Positions 51,710-61,496 of a stretch of 64,000 nucleotides of DNA are shown here, piece by piece. The stretch's first letter is position 1, and every line of letters starts with the position of its first letter. The notes beneath the pieces are model-generated. The model was not told the DNA's origin and searched no databases. It worked only from the letters and a program-made list of their open reading frames with translations. The position numbers and the translations under genes are program-made. This DNA is from Thiomonas sp. (lineage in GTDB: Bacteria; Pseudomonadota; Gammaproteobacteria; Burkholderiales; Burkholderiaceae_C), in the NCBI GenBank assembly GCA_027311065.1, contig DAICZP010000091.1, forward strand, positions 155 to 64,154, read 5' to 3'.

Positions 51710-53206
51710 CTACAGCGCCTTGCAATATCCGTCAACGAAAGCACGGTGCGTCGGCATGGTTTGCGCCGCGCGCACCATGGTCTGGCGCATCTGTTCGAGA
51801 TAAGACGTGCCATCGAACGCTCGATAGTCAATGAGCGGATCATTGCGCTGCGGCAGGTTGAACTGCCCCACATGCACGGCGAGCCAGCTGTGCATGCCGA
51901 AGAGATCCTTCTCGCCGGGGATGAGACGCCCGGAATGCCTGAAATGATCGACGCGGTACTTCAGGCTCTCCGGGATCGGCATGTTCGCGCAATAGCGCCA
52001 CATCTCGCTGTCGTCGCGTTGCGTGAGGTGGTAATGCAGGATGATGAAGTCGCGAATCCGCTCCACCTCGGCACACGCCACGCGGTTGAATTCCTCCACC
52101 ACCAATGGGTCAAAATCGCGGTCCGGAAAATACGCCAGCAATTTGGAGATGCCAGCCTGGACCAGATGCAGGCTGGTGGATTCGAGTGGCTCAAGAAAGC
52201 CGCTTGCAAGGCCGATCGCGATCACGTTCTTGTTCCAATGCCGCCGGCGTTGCCCGGCTCGAAACTTGATCAGTCGCGGCTCGCCCGACGCTGGCCCTTC
52301 GAGATTCGCGAGCAGGGTTTCGGCGGCGCGCGCCTCGTCGGTGAAAGCGGACGCGAACACGTGACCGTTCCCGGTGCGATGCTGCAAGGGAATGCGCCAC
52401 TGCCACCCTGCATCGTGTGCAGTGGACATCGTGTAAGGCCGGAACTGACCTCCAGAGCTTGGCACCGCGAACGCGCGATCGCAGGGAAGCCAGTGACTCC
52501 AATCGTCGAAGCCGGTCTCGAGGACCCCTTCGATGAGTCGAGCGCGCATGCCCGAACAATCGATGAAGAGTTCTCCGGCGACCGTCTCTCCGGACTCCAT
52601 GACCAGGCTTTCGATGAAGCCGCTGTGCGGGTTTTGCCGCACGTCCATGACCTTTCCCTCGACACGGCGCACGCCACGCTGAACGGCGATTTCACGCAGC
52701 AGTGCGGCGTACAGGCCAGCATCGAAGTGGTAGGCGTAATCGAACGTCGATTCGATATGGCGCGGATCCGCCGACGGTCGATTGAAACGACCGAGCTTGG
52801 CGGCAGCCCAGGCCATGCAGTACTCATCAAGCGATTGGGCTTGGCCTCGTGCATGCGCACGCTGCCAGTGGTGCTGGATCTGGACGAGATCGAACGGCCG
52901 TCCAAAACTGCCGAAGGGGTGGAAGTAGACATGATCCTTCCTGCCCCAGTGATGGAATCGGATGCCGAGTTTGAACGAGCCCTTGGTGCGGCGCAGAAAG
53001 GTCGCCTCATCGATGCCCAGCATCTGGTTGAACTGCTTGATTGGCGGAATGGTGGCCTCACCGACCCCGATCGTGCCAATCTCGTCCGACTCCACCAAGG
53101 TGATGCCGCAATCCCGATCAATCAGGCGTGCGAGGGCGGTCGCCGTCATCCACCCTGCGGAGCCCCCACCAAGAATGACGACCTTGCGAATGCGTTTGTC
53201 TTCCAT
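51710..53206 (-). CDS. Flavin-dependent halogenase (tryptophan halogenase family)
   Basis: GGGSAG, GVGEATIP, FKLGI (catalytic Lys position), WQWRIP and GFLEPLES. Start MEDKRI at 53206. Confidence 0.9.
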   Translation of the reverse strand: MEDKRIRKVVILGGGSAGWMTATALARLIDRDCGITLVESDEIGTIGVGEATIPPIKQFNQMLGIDEATFLRRTKGSFKLGIRFHHWGRKDHVYFHPFGSFGRPFDLVQIQHHWQRAHARGQAQSLDEYCMAWAAAKLGRFNRPSADPRHIESTFDYAYHFDAGLYAALLREIAVQRGVRRVEGKVMDVRQNPHSGFIESLVMESGETVAGELFIDCSGMRARLIEGVLETGFDDWSHWLPCDRAFAVPSSGGQFRPYTMSTAHDAGWQWRIPLQHRTGNGHVFASAFTDEARAAETLLANLEGPASGEPRLIKFRAGQRRRHWNKNVIAIGLASGFLEPLESTSLHLVQAGISKLLAYFPDRDFDPLVVEEFNRVACAEVERIRDFIILHYHLTQRDDSEMWRYCANMPIPESLKYRVDHFRHSGRLIPGEKDLFGMHSWLAVHVGQFNLPQRNDPLIDYRAFDGTSYLEQMRQTMVRAAQTMPTHRAFVDGYCKAL

Positions 53207-53259
53207 GGATTCAACCTTGCTTGCGGCCGATGACACCGCGACATGTTGCGAGCTGGGAC

Positions 53260-53293
53260 AAAAAACGCGCAAGGAATTTCTTCCTTGCGCGTT
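53260..53293 (-). terminator. Intrinsic terminator-like hairpin after the TonB-dependent receptor
   Basis: 13-bp perfect stem AACGCGCAAGGAA-TTTC-TTCCTTGCGCGTT, with a T6 tract on the minus strand overlapping the stem base. Confidence 0.75.
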
Positions 53294-53314
53294 CTCCAAC
53301 CAATGGAATGCAGA

Positions 53315-55864
53315 TTAGAACTTGTAGGTCACCGACAAGGTCGTCAGGCGCCCATCCACGGCTCCGACCGTTTGCAAGTACTGACCATTGCCGTAGGGAT
53401 TGGTCAAACCACCCTGATCCAACTGGCCTCCGATCATCTGCTTGTTGAACAAGTTGTGGATGTTGAGGCCGACGCTCACGCGCTTGGTGACCTGCCAGCC
53501 AAGGTGCAGGTGCACCAACACCTCCGCCGGAACCCAGTACTGCGGTGAAGTACTGACGTTCGTGCGCCCCATGCCGACGATCATCACACCGCCGCTGTAC
53601 GGACCATAGCGGTAGCTCGGAGCCAGCATCCACATCAGCTTGGGCGTGCCTGGAGGCTCGTTGCCAACCCCGGTGCTGACCATGGTGGTCGGCGTCGGAC
53701 CTTGGGCGTTGGCGGTGATGATCGCATCGGTATAGGTCAGGTTGCCCACCAGTGAGAAACCACCGTGCGCGAGGCCGCCTTCAAGTTCGAGACCCGTGGC
53801 CTTGTACGCACTGTCGTAGTAGGTGCCCGCCACGCCCTTGGTCAGATCGAAGTTCGACGAGGCGTAGGTGTTGTGGAACAGCGTTGCATCGATGCTGTAG
53901 GCAGTGTCGGCGATGTGACCTTCGCGCTTGATGCCGACTTCCTGCTGGTTCACCATGCTGATGGCGAGCTGCGAGCCGGAGCTGTTCAGGGTCCCATCAG
54001 GATTGGTGTACCCCGACAGGATGTTCCGATCCACGTTGAAGCGGCCACCGCGGCTGATGCGGGCAAAGGCGGTCGTATTGTCGTTGAGCATGTAGAGACC
54101 GCCCAAGGTGTACGAGTTGTACGCAGCCTTGTAGTTCAGCGGCTCGTAGGTGGTCGGATCGACCGTCGACGTCGACACCAGGGCGCCGTTGACCATCTGC
54201 GTCGTCGTCGTCGCCGCACTGGCTGACTCAGCCCAGCCGGTCACGTGAAGGATGTCGCGGCGCACGCCCCCTTCAATCGTCATCGGACCATGATCCCAGG
54301 TCATGTTCAGGTAGGGAGCGGTATCGGCGGCGTGAATGTTGTAGGAGCGGTTGGTACCAGCGCCCCAAGCTGTGTTGAACCCGGAGACGCCGTTGAGGGT
54401 CAGCAGCTGGCCGGTCGTGCTGTACAGGTTCAAGCCCGCCGGGTTGATGCCATCAAGCGTCTGGTAGCTGGAATTCGGGTGCCAATCCTGCGCAATGGTT
54501 TGATCCATGTAGAACAAGCCACCGTGCGCCGTCACGCGCCCGCCGGTCACATGCAGCGCCTTCGTGAACGACATGTCGTTCACGATGTTGCCCATGTCGC
54601 TCATATTGGTGTAGATCTGCGTTCCGGCGTTCAGGTACTGACCGTTGAATGCCTGACCAGTCAGCGGGCCGTTCGCATACCGCACGGCCCCCACGGTCTG
54701 TCCGTTGACCGTCGAGCCAAGCACGCTGGTCAGCGGGGTGAGGCCGTTGAACTGCGATGCGAACGTTCCGCTCATCACCGTGTAGCGGAACTTGTCGTCG
54801 AACGTCAGACCGTGACCCGGTGTCAGGTGTGCCTCGGCGCCGATTGCGGTGGCCTTGGGGTGGATGCCCGATGCGTCGACGGTCTTGAACGTACCGCTTT
54901 GGTTGTCGTAAACCCGGAATTGCTGGTTGTAGATGCCGACGTAGGAACCGGTGCGATTGTCAAACCCCGGGAAGGGCGAGATGCCAGTGACACTGCCAGC
55001 ATTGCCGCTGAGCAGTGCCGGCATACCCACGTAAACAGGTGCCTGCTCGTCGAGCGCTTTCAGGTTCAACCGAATGAAACCCTGGTGCTGGGCGAGGGTC
55101 TTGGTGATATTGGCCTTGATCTGATAGCCCTTTTGCGCATCGAAACCCTGGTCGCGCGCGCCGGGGCCGTTCATCAGGTAGCCTTCCGCGTGGTACCGCA
55201 GGTCATCGCTGATGTGGCCGCCGACGCCGAAGTTGAACTTCGTCAGGTCATTCTGGCCAATGCCCTTGTCGAGCGAAACGAAGCCGCCGTCCTTGTTGCC
55301 AGTCGGTGTGATGTAGTTGATGATGGCGCCCGGAGCGCCGGACGCCAGCGTCGAGGCCGCGCCGCCGCGAACGGCCTGGATGGTGTCGCCCTCGTCGAAG
55401 CGCGTCCAGTAGTCGTTGTTGCCGAAGTTCATGTCACCGAACAGAACCGTCGGCAGTCCATCTTCCTGAATTTGCACGAACGGCGATCCGCCAGTCGTGA
55501 TCGGCAGACCGCGCACCGAGATGTTCGAGTTGCCACCAGGGCCGGAGTTCAGCCCACCGATCATGCCCGGGATGAGACGCAGCACCTCACCCGGGGTCTG
55601 CGGATTGAAATTGGTCACCAGATTGCTGCTGACCGTCGTCACCGATTGCGATGTCTCGAGCACGGTGCGATGCGTTGGTGAAGCCGTCACCACGACTTGG
55701 CTCAGGCTCATGGCGCCGTTCTGCGGGGCGGATGCCGCTGCAGCGGGCGCGGCCTGCGCATGCGCTGCAGTTCCAAAGCCAGCGGCAAACGCTGACGAGC
55801 ACAACAGCGCTGCGAGGCGGGTCAGTTGCGGCGTCGCGATCCGCTGCTTGTGAGATTTTTTCAT
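53315..55864 (-). CDS. TonB-dependent receptor (carbohydrate-type)
   Basis: Signal peptide, TonB box SQVVVTAS, plug motif ISVRGLP...IQEDGLP, beta-barrel pattern and C-terminal YKF. Confidence 0.93.
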   Translation of the reverse strand: MKKSHKQRIATPQLTRLAALLCSSAFAAGFGTAAHAQAAPAAAASAPQNGAMSLSQVVVTASPTHRTVLETSQSVTTVSSNLVTNFNPQTPGEVLRLIPGMIGGLNSGPGGNSNISVRGLPITTGGSPFVQIQEDGLPTVLFGDMNFGNNDYWTRFDEGDTIQAVRGGAASTLASGAPGAIINYITPTGNKDGGFVSLDKGIGQNDLTKFNFGVGGHISDDLRYHAEGYLMNGPGARDQGFDAQKGYQIKANITKTLAQHQGFIRLNLKALDEQAPVYVGMPALLSGNAGSVTGISPFPGFDNRTGSYVGIYNQQFRVYDNQSGTFKTVDASGIHPKATAIGAEAHLTPGHGLTFDDKFRYTVMSGTFASQFNGLTPLTSVLGSTVNGQTVGAVRYANGPLTGQAFNGQYLNAGTQIYTNMSDMGNIVNDMSFTKALHVTGGRVTAHGGLFYMDQTIAQDWHPNSSYQTLDGINPAGLNLYSTTGQLLTLNGVSGFNTAWGAGTNRSYNIHAADTAPYLNMTWDHGPMTIEGGVRRDILHVTGWAESASAATTTTQMVNGALVSTSTVDPTTYEPLNYKAAYNSYTLGGLYMLNDNTTAFARISRGGRFNVDRNILSGYTNPDGTLNSSGSQLAISMVNQQEVGIKREGHIADTAYSIDATLFHNTYASSNFDLTKGVAGTYYDSAYKATGLELEGGLAHGGFSLVGNLTYTDAIITANAQGPTPTTMVSTGVGNEPPGTPKLMWMLAPSYRYGPYSGGVMIVGMGRTNVSTSPQYWVPAEVLVHLHLGWQVTKRVSVGLNIHNLFNKQMIGGQLDQGGLTNPYGNGQYLQTVGAVDGRLTTLSVTYKF

Positions 55865-55959
55865 ACTGTCTCCCAGTGTCTCTTCAAAAAAGTGATGCGA
55901 GGAATTCGATCTGGCCGATTGGCAAGTGCCGTTTCAAGGCAGTTTGCATTTTTTCAAAT

Positions 55960-55973
55960 TTCAATCGTTTGCA
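55960..55973. promoter_or_regulatory. LacI-type operator O2 (TTCAATCGTTTGCA)
   Basis: Matches the pattern of O1 and O3; upstream of the TBDR start. Confidence 0.55.
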
Positions 55974-56027
55974 ACTCAGGAAAAACGCTTGTTTCACAGC
56001 GGAACATCCAAGTTGCACTGGATTTGA

Positions 56028-56041
56028 TGCAAACGTTTGCT
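56028..56041. promoter_or_regulatory. LacI-type operator O3 (TGCAAACGTTTGCT)
   Basis: Contains the perfect 12-bp palindrome GCAAACGTTTGC; upstream of the TBDR. Confidence 0.65.
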
Positions 56042-56195
56042 ACGCCTCATGTCAGCGCATCCCCCTAGGCTATTGATTTATTTCAGGAACCCGGCGTGCA
56101 CAGCGAATCCGCGGCACGCGCCGTCACGTCTGGTCAACGCAGGTACGTCATTTCACGACTGTCAGATTGGCGCAACAAATCCTGGACTTTCGGCA

Positions 56196-58574
56196 TCAGG
56201 CGGCGCTGCTATCACCGATGACGAAGGGTGCGCTGATGCGAAGCGGCATGGAGGCGCCGGCACAGCGCCATGGATGCGTTGACAGCGCGTGCGTGGCCGA
56301 TCCTGCAGGTGTTCGAACGTGGGCGACATCCGCACCGTCATAGCCGACGATCCGCAACGCAATCGGTTTCCAGTCGATACGCACTGCCTCGACGTCGACG
56401 AGCAGACAGCGTCCTTCGCGTCGTGCGCGCACCAGGATCTCGCTGCGCTCGCCTTCCCGGTAGGCGAATGAAAGACCATCATCGGCCCGGTAGCGCAGGA
56501 ACGCGTTTGCGTCGCTACCCGCGCGCAGCAGAACATGGAGCTCGATCGCATCCAGATCGTTGTGCTGGGACTCGCGCTCGCCAACTTGCATCGGTACGAT
56601 GTGGCCCTCACGCAGGTACAACGGTGTCGATGCCCGGTCCGACTCCACTTGAACCCATTGACCGGCTTCGACGAATCGCCCGGCACTGGCGTCAAACCAC
56701 CAACCCACCCCAGGAAGCGCGAGGCTGCGCCGGACGGTGTTCGCGTGCAACAAGGGCGCTTGCATGATGGCCGGGCCGATCAGGAACTGGTCGTCAACAC
56801 GGCTCAGATCCATTTCTGCGGGCCCATCATGTTCAAAAAACAGTGGCCGCAGGACCGGATCACCTCGCTCCGCCTGCTCGATCCAGAGCTGATACAGGTA
56901 CGGCAGCAGTTTGTAGCGCAGCCGCACGAAGTGGCGAATCACATCGAAGGTTTCGGGGCCGAATACCCAAGGCTCCTGCGGCGCGGCCAGCGCGTCCGCG
57001 TGATTGCGCAGGAACGGAAACAAAAACATCGCCTTGTACCACGCCGCGGCAAGCTCGCGATCCGCGTGTCCGAGAAAGCCAGGCACGTCCGCACCGTTGA
57101 ACGGAATACCCGACAACGCGAGGTTCAAGGAGCCGTGGACCGCGCTGCGAAGGTTCGCCCAGTTGCTGAAATTGTCCCCGGTCCACACTGCGGCCCAGCG
57201 GCTGCTGCCCGCCGCCGCGCTGCGCGAGACGACGAAGGGGCGCTCCTGCGGGCGGGCCTGCAGGAAGCCGGCATGGGTCGCCTCGGCCATTCCTGCTGCG
57301 TACTGGTTGTGGTACGTCCAGTGCGGCCAGGCTCCATGCTGGAACAGCATGTCGTCATGCTCGGCGCCGCCGACCGACGGGTCGTTCATGTCGATCCATG
57401 CCCCGTGGAAACCCGCATCGCGCATTGCGGCAACATGCTCGGCCCACCAGGCCCGCGCATCCGCCAGGGAAAAATCCGGGTACCAGGTCTGCCCGGGCCA
57501 GACAAAACCGACATACGGCTGTCCCTCCGGGTTGTGGCAGAAGACGTTGCGTGCCAATCCACTCTGCGCCACGGCGACGTCCCCCGCGGCCTTCACCCCG
57601 GGGTCAAGAATCGGTACGATGCGCCGCCCGCGTTCCTCGAGCGCCGCGAGCTCGGCGGAGAGGTCGCTGAAATGCCTGGGCGATGTCGTGAACACCTTGA
57701 AGTCATCCATGTAATCGATGTCCAGCCACAAGCCGTCACACGGAAACGCGCGTTCGCGAAACTCCGCATCCAACCAGTTCAGATCCTTGCTGCCGCGATA
57801 GCCGTAGCGGCATTGGTGGTGGCCGAGTGCCCACAGTGGCGGCAGCGGCGTGGAGCCGACAAGACGCTGCAGCCGACGCGTCACCTCCGAAGGATCCGTG
57901 CCGGCGATCAGGTAGAAGGCTGGAATACCGTGATCGGCGCCAACCCAGAAACGCGCGTCTTCGGGAGGCTCGGGTTGTCCACCGATATTCCAGTTCGACC
58001 CGGTATCCATGAACACACTGCCCGGATGATCGACGAGGATGCCGAGCCAGCTTTTTGCGGCACGCACCAGCAAGTACGGCACCGATACGTATTGGGGATC
58101 CGGTGCTCCATCCGCCACGGTCGCGACACTGTGGTCCGACGCCACGTCCAGATTCCAGAACTTGGTGCGACGCCCCGTCTTCTCGAGACCTGTCACCTTG
58201 TACCCTTGCCCGTAAAACCGCATCTCTGCATTCCGCGCCCACTGCACCAGCCAGGCCTCGCCGCAGACGCCGAAGCTGCGCCCGCCGAAGCCGTGCAGCA
58301 CGCATGCGCCAGCGCCATCGCGCAGGACAAGTTCGCCACGCGCGGAGCAATCCAACGCATACGTCGATGCCCCGCCGAAGCAGTCCTCATGCATGCGCAA
58401 CAACCGCGGATCCATCGGCCAGCGCCCCGGTTGACGCAGTTCGACATGGAATACGTCGTCACCCAGGTCGCGCATCTCCAGATCCATGGACTGGGTCTCG
58501 AACGATAGCAATCGCCCGTCGTGCGCGTCGGCAAAACGAAAATTCGCCGGATGGCGGATCTTGTGAAAGTACAT
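56196..58574 (-). CDS. Glycoside hydrolase family 31 (alpha-glucosidase-like)
   Basis: PPLWALGHHQCRYGY, WLDIDYMD, WIDMND (nucleophile), WTGDN (acid/base), GADVPGF and FLRNH. Confidence 0.92.
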   Translation of the reverse strand: MYFHKIRHPANFRFADAHDGRLLSFETQSMDLEMRDLGDDVFHVELRQPGRWPMDPRLLRMHEDCFGGASTYALDCSARGELVLRDGAGACVLHGFGGRSFGVCGEAWLVQWARNAEMRFYGQGYKVTGLEKTGRRTKFWNLDVASDHSVATVADGAPDPQYVSVPYLLVRAAKSWLGILVDHPGSVFMDTGSNWNIGGQPEPPEDARFWVGADHGIPAFYLIAGTDPSEVTRRLQRLVGSTPLPPLWALGHHQCRYGYRGSKDLNWLDAEFRERAFPCDGLWLDIDYMDDFKVFTTSPRHFSDLSAELAALEERGRRIVPILDPGVKAAGDVAVAQSGLARNVFCHNPEGQPYVGFVWPGQTWYPDFSLADARAWWAEHVAAMRDAGFHGAWIDMNDPSVGGAEHDDMLFQHGAWPHWTYHNQYAAGMAEATHAGFLQARPQERPFVVSRSAAAGSSRWAAVWTGDNFSNWANLRSAVHGSLNLALSGIPFNGADVPGFLGHADRELAAAWYKAMFLFPFLRNHADALAAPQEPWVFGPETFDVIRHFVRLRYKLLPYLYQLWIEQAERGDPVLRPLFFEHDGPAEMDLSRVDDQFLIGPAIMQAPLLHANTVRRSLALPGVGWWFDASAGRFVEAGQWVQVESDRASTPLYLREGHIVPMQVGERESQHNDLDAIELHVLLRAGSDANAFLRYRADDGLSFAYREGERSEILVRARREGRCLLVDVEAVRIDWKPIALRIVGYDGADVAHVRTPAGSATHALSTHPWRCAGASMPLRISAPFVIGDSSAA

Positions 58575-58642
58575 GGTCAAGAGGAATGTCGGACAGGCGG
58601 GGCGATGCTGCGCGGCAGTGCCGCCGTTTTGTGCCTGCTCTT

Positions 58643-60007
58643 TCAGCGCCGGTCGGGCACCTCGACGGTGACAGCGGCAACGCTCGATGGCGCGCGGTCA
58701 GCCGGAAGCGACGCCGAGAGCCGCACACGCAGCGTCGCCAAGGCGGCGACGATCATCAGCGCGCCGCTGAGCACCAGCACGTTTCGCGGGTCGCCGTGGA
58801 GCAAGGGCTGGTAGATCAGGGGCAGTGTGACACTCTGCAGCAACATGGGAATCACGATGAACATGTTGAAAATGCCCATGTAGACACCGGTGCGGGCCGG
58901 AGGAATGCAGTCGGCCAGCATGACGTAGGTGTTCCCCATCATGCTCGCCCATCCCAGGCCGATGCCGATCATGGGCACGAACAACCAGAGCTCCCGCTGC
59001 ACTCCGGGCACGATGATCATTGCAATCCCACACGCGCACAGGCACACCGCATGCAGGATCCGGGGCCCGAATCGCTTCGCAACCGGCACCATGGCGAACG
59101 CTGTGAGCGCCGCCACCGCGTTGTAGAAACCTCCGACCTGGCCGCTTACAAGCACGGCGTTGCGAAAACCTTGTGTCGCCGGATCAGCGGTGTGAAACAG
59201 CGTGGCGGCAATCGAATAGCTTACATATTGCCAGTAGCACGTGATGGCATACCACTGGAACAGCATCATCAGCGCCAGCTGGCGCATGGCAAGCGGCATT
59301 TGGACGATGGCATCGCGCACCTCGCCCACGGTCGAGGCAAACGAGTGGCGATTGGCACGCATCGCCACCAGCTCGGAAGCGGGCAACGGCAGCTCCGGGA
59401 CGCGCCAGACCGACCACGCGATGGTCGACACCGACAGCACGGCGCCGATCAAGAACGAGACGCGGGTAATCACCGGTATATGGTTGGCATCGATCGCGCT
59501 GCTGCTCAGCCCCGCCATGACCAACAGGGTCGGCGCCAGATAAGACAGTGTCTGCGCCAGGCCGGTAAACGCACTCTGTGTGAGGAATCCGACCGACACC
59601 TGTTGCGAATCGAGGCGATCATTGACGAATGCGCGATAGGGCTCCATCGTCACGTTGTTCGCGGCGTCGAGGACCCAGAGCAGCACTGCCGCGACCCACA
59701 GCGCAGGGCTGTAAGGCATTGCCAGCAGGCTCACACTGCATAGCAGCGCTCCGACCATGAAGTACGGGGTGCGACGTCCCCAGCGTGACGTGGTGCGGTC
59801 GCTCAGCGCGCCGATCAGCGGCTGCACGAGCAGGCCCGTCACGGGACCGGCCAGCCAGAGTAATGGAAGAATGCGCTCGCTGGCGCCCAGATAGCTGTAG
59901 ATCGGCCCCATATTGCTTTGCTGCAGGCCAAAGCTGAACTGCAGACCCAGGAAGCCGATATTCATCTGGATGATCTGCCAGAAAGACAACTTAGGCTTTT
60001 TCATCAT
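58643..60007 (-). CDS. MFS sugar transporter (GPH/SLC45-like, MalY/sucrose type)
   Basis: KPKLSFWQI, GLLVQPLIGALSDRT, GRRTPY, MEPYRA and GVYMGIFNMFIVIP. Confidence 0.9.
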   Translation of the reverse strand: MMKKPKLSFWQIIQMNIGFLGLQFSFGLQQSNMGPIYSYLGASERILPLLWLAGPVTGLLVQPLIGALSDRTTSRWGRRTPYFMVGALLCSVSLLAMPYSPALWVAAVLLWVLDAANNVTMEPYRAFVNDRLDSQQVSVGFLTQSAFTGLAQTLSYLAPTLLVMAGLSSSAIDANHIPVITRVSFLIGAVLSVSTIAWSVWRVPELPLPASELVAMRANRHSFASTVGEVRDAIVQMPLAMRQLALMMLFQWYAITCYWQYVSYSIAATLFHTADPATQGFRNAVLVSGQVGGFYNAVAALTAFAMVPVAKRFGPRILHAVCLCACGIAMIIVPGVQRELWLFVPMIGIGLGWASMMGNTYVMLADCIPPARTGVYMGIFNMFIVIPMLLQSVTLPLIYQPLLHGDPRNVLVLSGALMIVAALATLRVRLSASLPADRAPSSVAAVTVEVPDRR

Positions 60008-61496
60008 GGACTCCGATTGGAACCGAGCCGATCGCGGGTGGACCATGGGGTGCCAGGTTCCATGCATTGCAGGACGCCAGCAGCGCGGCACCGCCGCCAG
60101 CATGGACCCATGCGACGTCGATCGGCGCGCAGGGAAAGAACAACTCGGTCATCACGGCCTCGCCATCATCGACGAATAATTCGACCGAACAAGCATCGAG
60201 CACGATCAACCACTGCATCGCTGCGGGCTGCGGATACGGCATGGCATGCCGACGTTCACGATTCGTCCCCACGGCAACGGTTCCCTCGGGCATCTGCTCC
60301 ACGAACACTTCGCCGCGGCCGCGGGAATAGCCGATTTTCAGCACGTCGGACTGCCCCGCGCGGAAGGTCACGCCGAGATCGGCAGCCGAGATCTCCGCCC
60401 ACTCCAGGACGAGTTCGATCGCACGCGAGCGCACCGGCAGGCCGATGCGCGCATCCTCGAGCATCTGCGGCGCGAGGGCGATACATCGCGCGTGCGCTGG
60501 ATGCGGCGGCAGCACGGGGCGCTGCACCAAGCGCTCGCTTCCGACGGGGCCACGCACCGCAAGCTCGCGCGCTGTGCTCATCACGCCGCGCCAGCCCACG
60601 GTCGGCGTATGGCGGGCGTCATGGTGGCTACCCATCCAGCCAAGCCACCGGGGTGGCTGCATCGCCGGGGCATACCAGGTCTGCGAAGCGTAAAAGCAGG
60701 CGCCGTGATCGACCCAGCGGGCGTCATGCGACGCATGAAACACACGCCCATCGAAATCGCCAATGAAATATTGCGCACCGGACCCTCCCGCCGGGTGGCC
60801 TTCAAAGACGTCGATTTTCATCATCCAGAGCGGAGCACGCGCATGATCAGCGTGCCGGATCGCGAACAGCTCCGGGCACTCCCAGATACCCTGGGTCGCG
60901 CCGCAGGGACCAAAATCGCTGAGGTGTTCCCAGCGCTTGAGGTCGGCCGATCCATACAGCGCCACCTGCCGGGCCTCGGCCATCGCGACCGCCATGACCC
61001 ACCGCGCGGAAGGCGCATGCCAGAACACCTTCGGATCCCGGAACGCCGTCGATGCGATGTCCAGCACCGGGTTTCCAGGATAGCGCCGCCAGGTTCGGCC
61101 ACCATCGATGCTGTACGCCAGTTGTTGCGTCTGCAAGCGTGGGCCCATGCGGTTCACACCCGTGTAGATCGCAACCAGCGCTGTCTCCCCGGGACCCGCA
61201 AAACCGGCGGTGTTGTTCGTATCGACCACCACCGAACCCGAAAAAATCATCGTGTCAGTATCCGCCGCGATGGCGATGCCGAGCTCCTTCCAGCTAAGCA
61301 GATCCGCGCTGACGGCGTGCCCCCAGCTCATGTTTCCCCATTGATCTCCGCCAGGATTGCACTGAAAAAACAGGTGATAGAGACCGTCGTGCGCGACAAG
61401 TCCGTTCGGATCGCTCAACCAATTTCGCGCTGGCGCGAAATGCACGACAGGACGCCAGCGCTGCTGGGCCTCGGCTGCTGCATCAACGCTCAGCAC
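59991..61496 (-). CDS. Glycoside hydrolase family 32 (levanase/invertase-like)
   Basis: WLSDPNG, WGHAVS, FSGS, FRDPKV and WECP. No obvious signal peptide. Start uncertain (GTG 61496 or TTG 61523). Confidence 0.92.
   Translation of the reverse strand: MLSVDAAAEAQQRWRPVVHFAPARNWLSDPNGLVAHDGLYHLFFQCNPGGDQWGNMSWGHAVSADLLSWKELGIAIAADTDTMIFSGSVVVDTNNTAGFAGPGETALVAIYTGVNRMGPRLQTQQLAYSIDGGRTWRRYPGNPVLDIASTAFRDPKVFWHAPSARWVMAVAMAEARQVALYGSADLKRWEHLSDFGPCGATQGIWECPELFAIRHADHARAPLWMMKIDVFEGHPAGGSGAQYFIGDFDGRVFHASHDARWVDHGACFYASQTWYAPAMQPPRWLGWMGSHHDARHTPTVGWRGVMSTARELAVRGPVGSERLVQRPVLPPHPAHARCIALAPQMLEDARIGLPVRSRAIELVLEWAEISAADLGVTFRAGQSDVLKIGYSRGRGEVFVEQMPEGTVAVGTNRERRHAMPYPQPAAMQWLIVLDACSVELFVDDGEAVMTELFFPCAPIDVAWVHAGGGAALLASCNAWNLAPHGPPAIGSVPIGVHDEKA

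Noticed and set aside
56535-58508. 657-aa plus-strand ORF (and similar ones at 51746-53233, 54245-55681, 35890-37152, 2362-3837)
   Set aside because: Each lies antisense to, or overlaps, a well-supported gene and has no recognisable motif.
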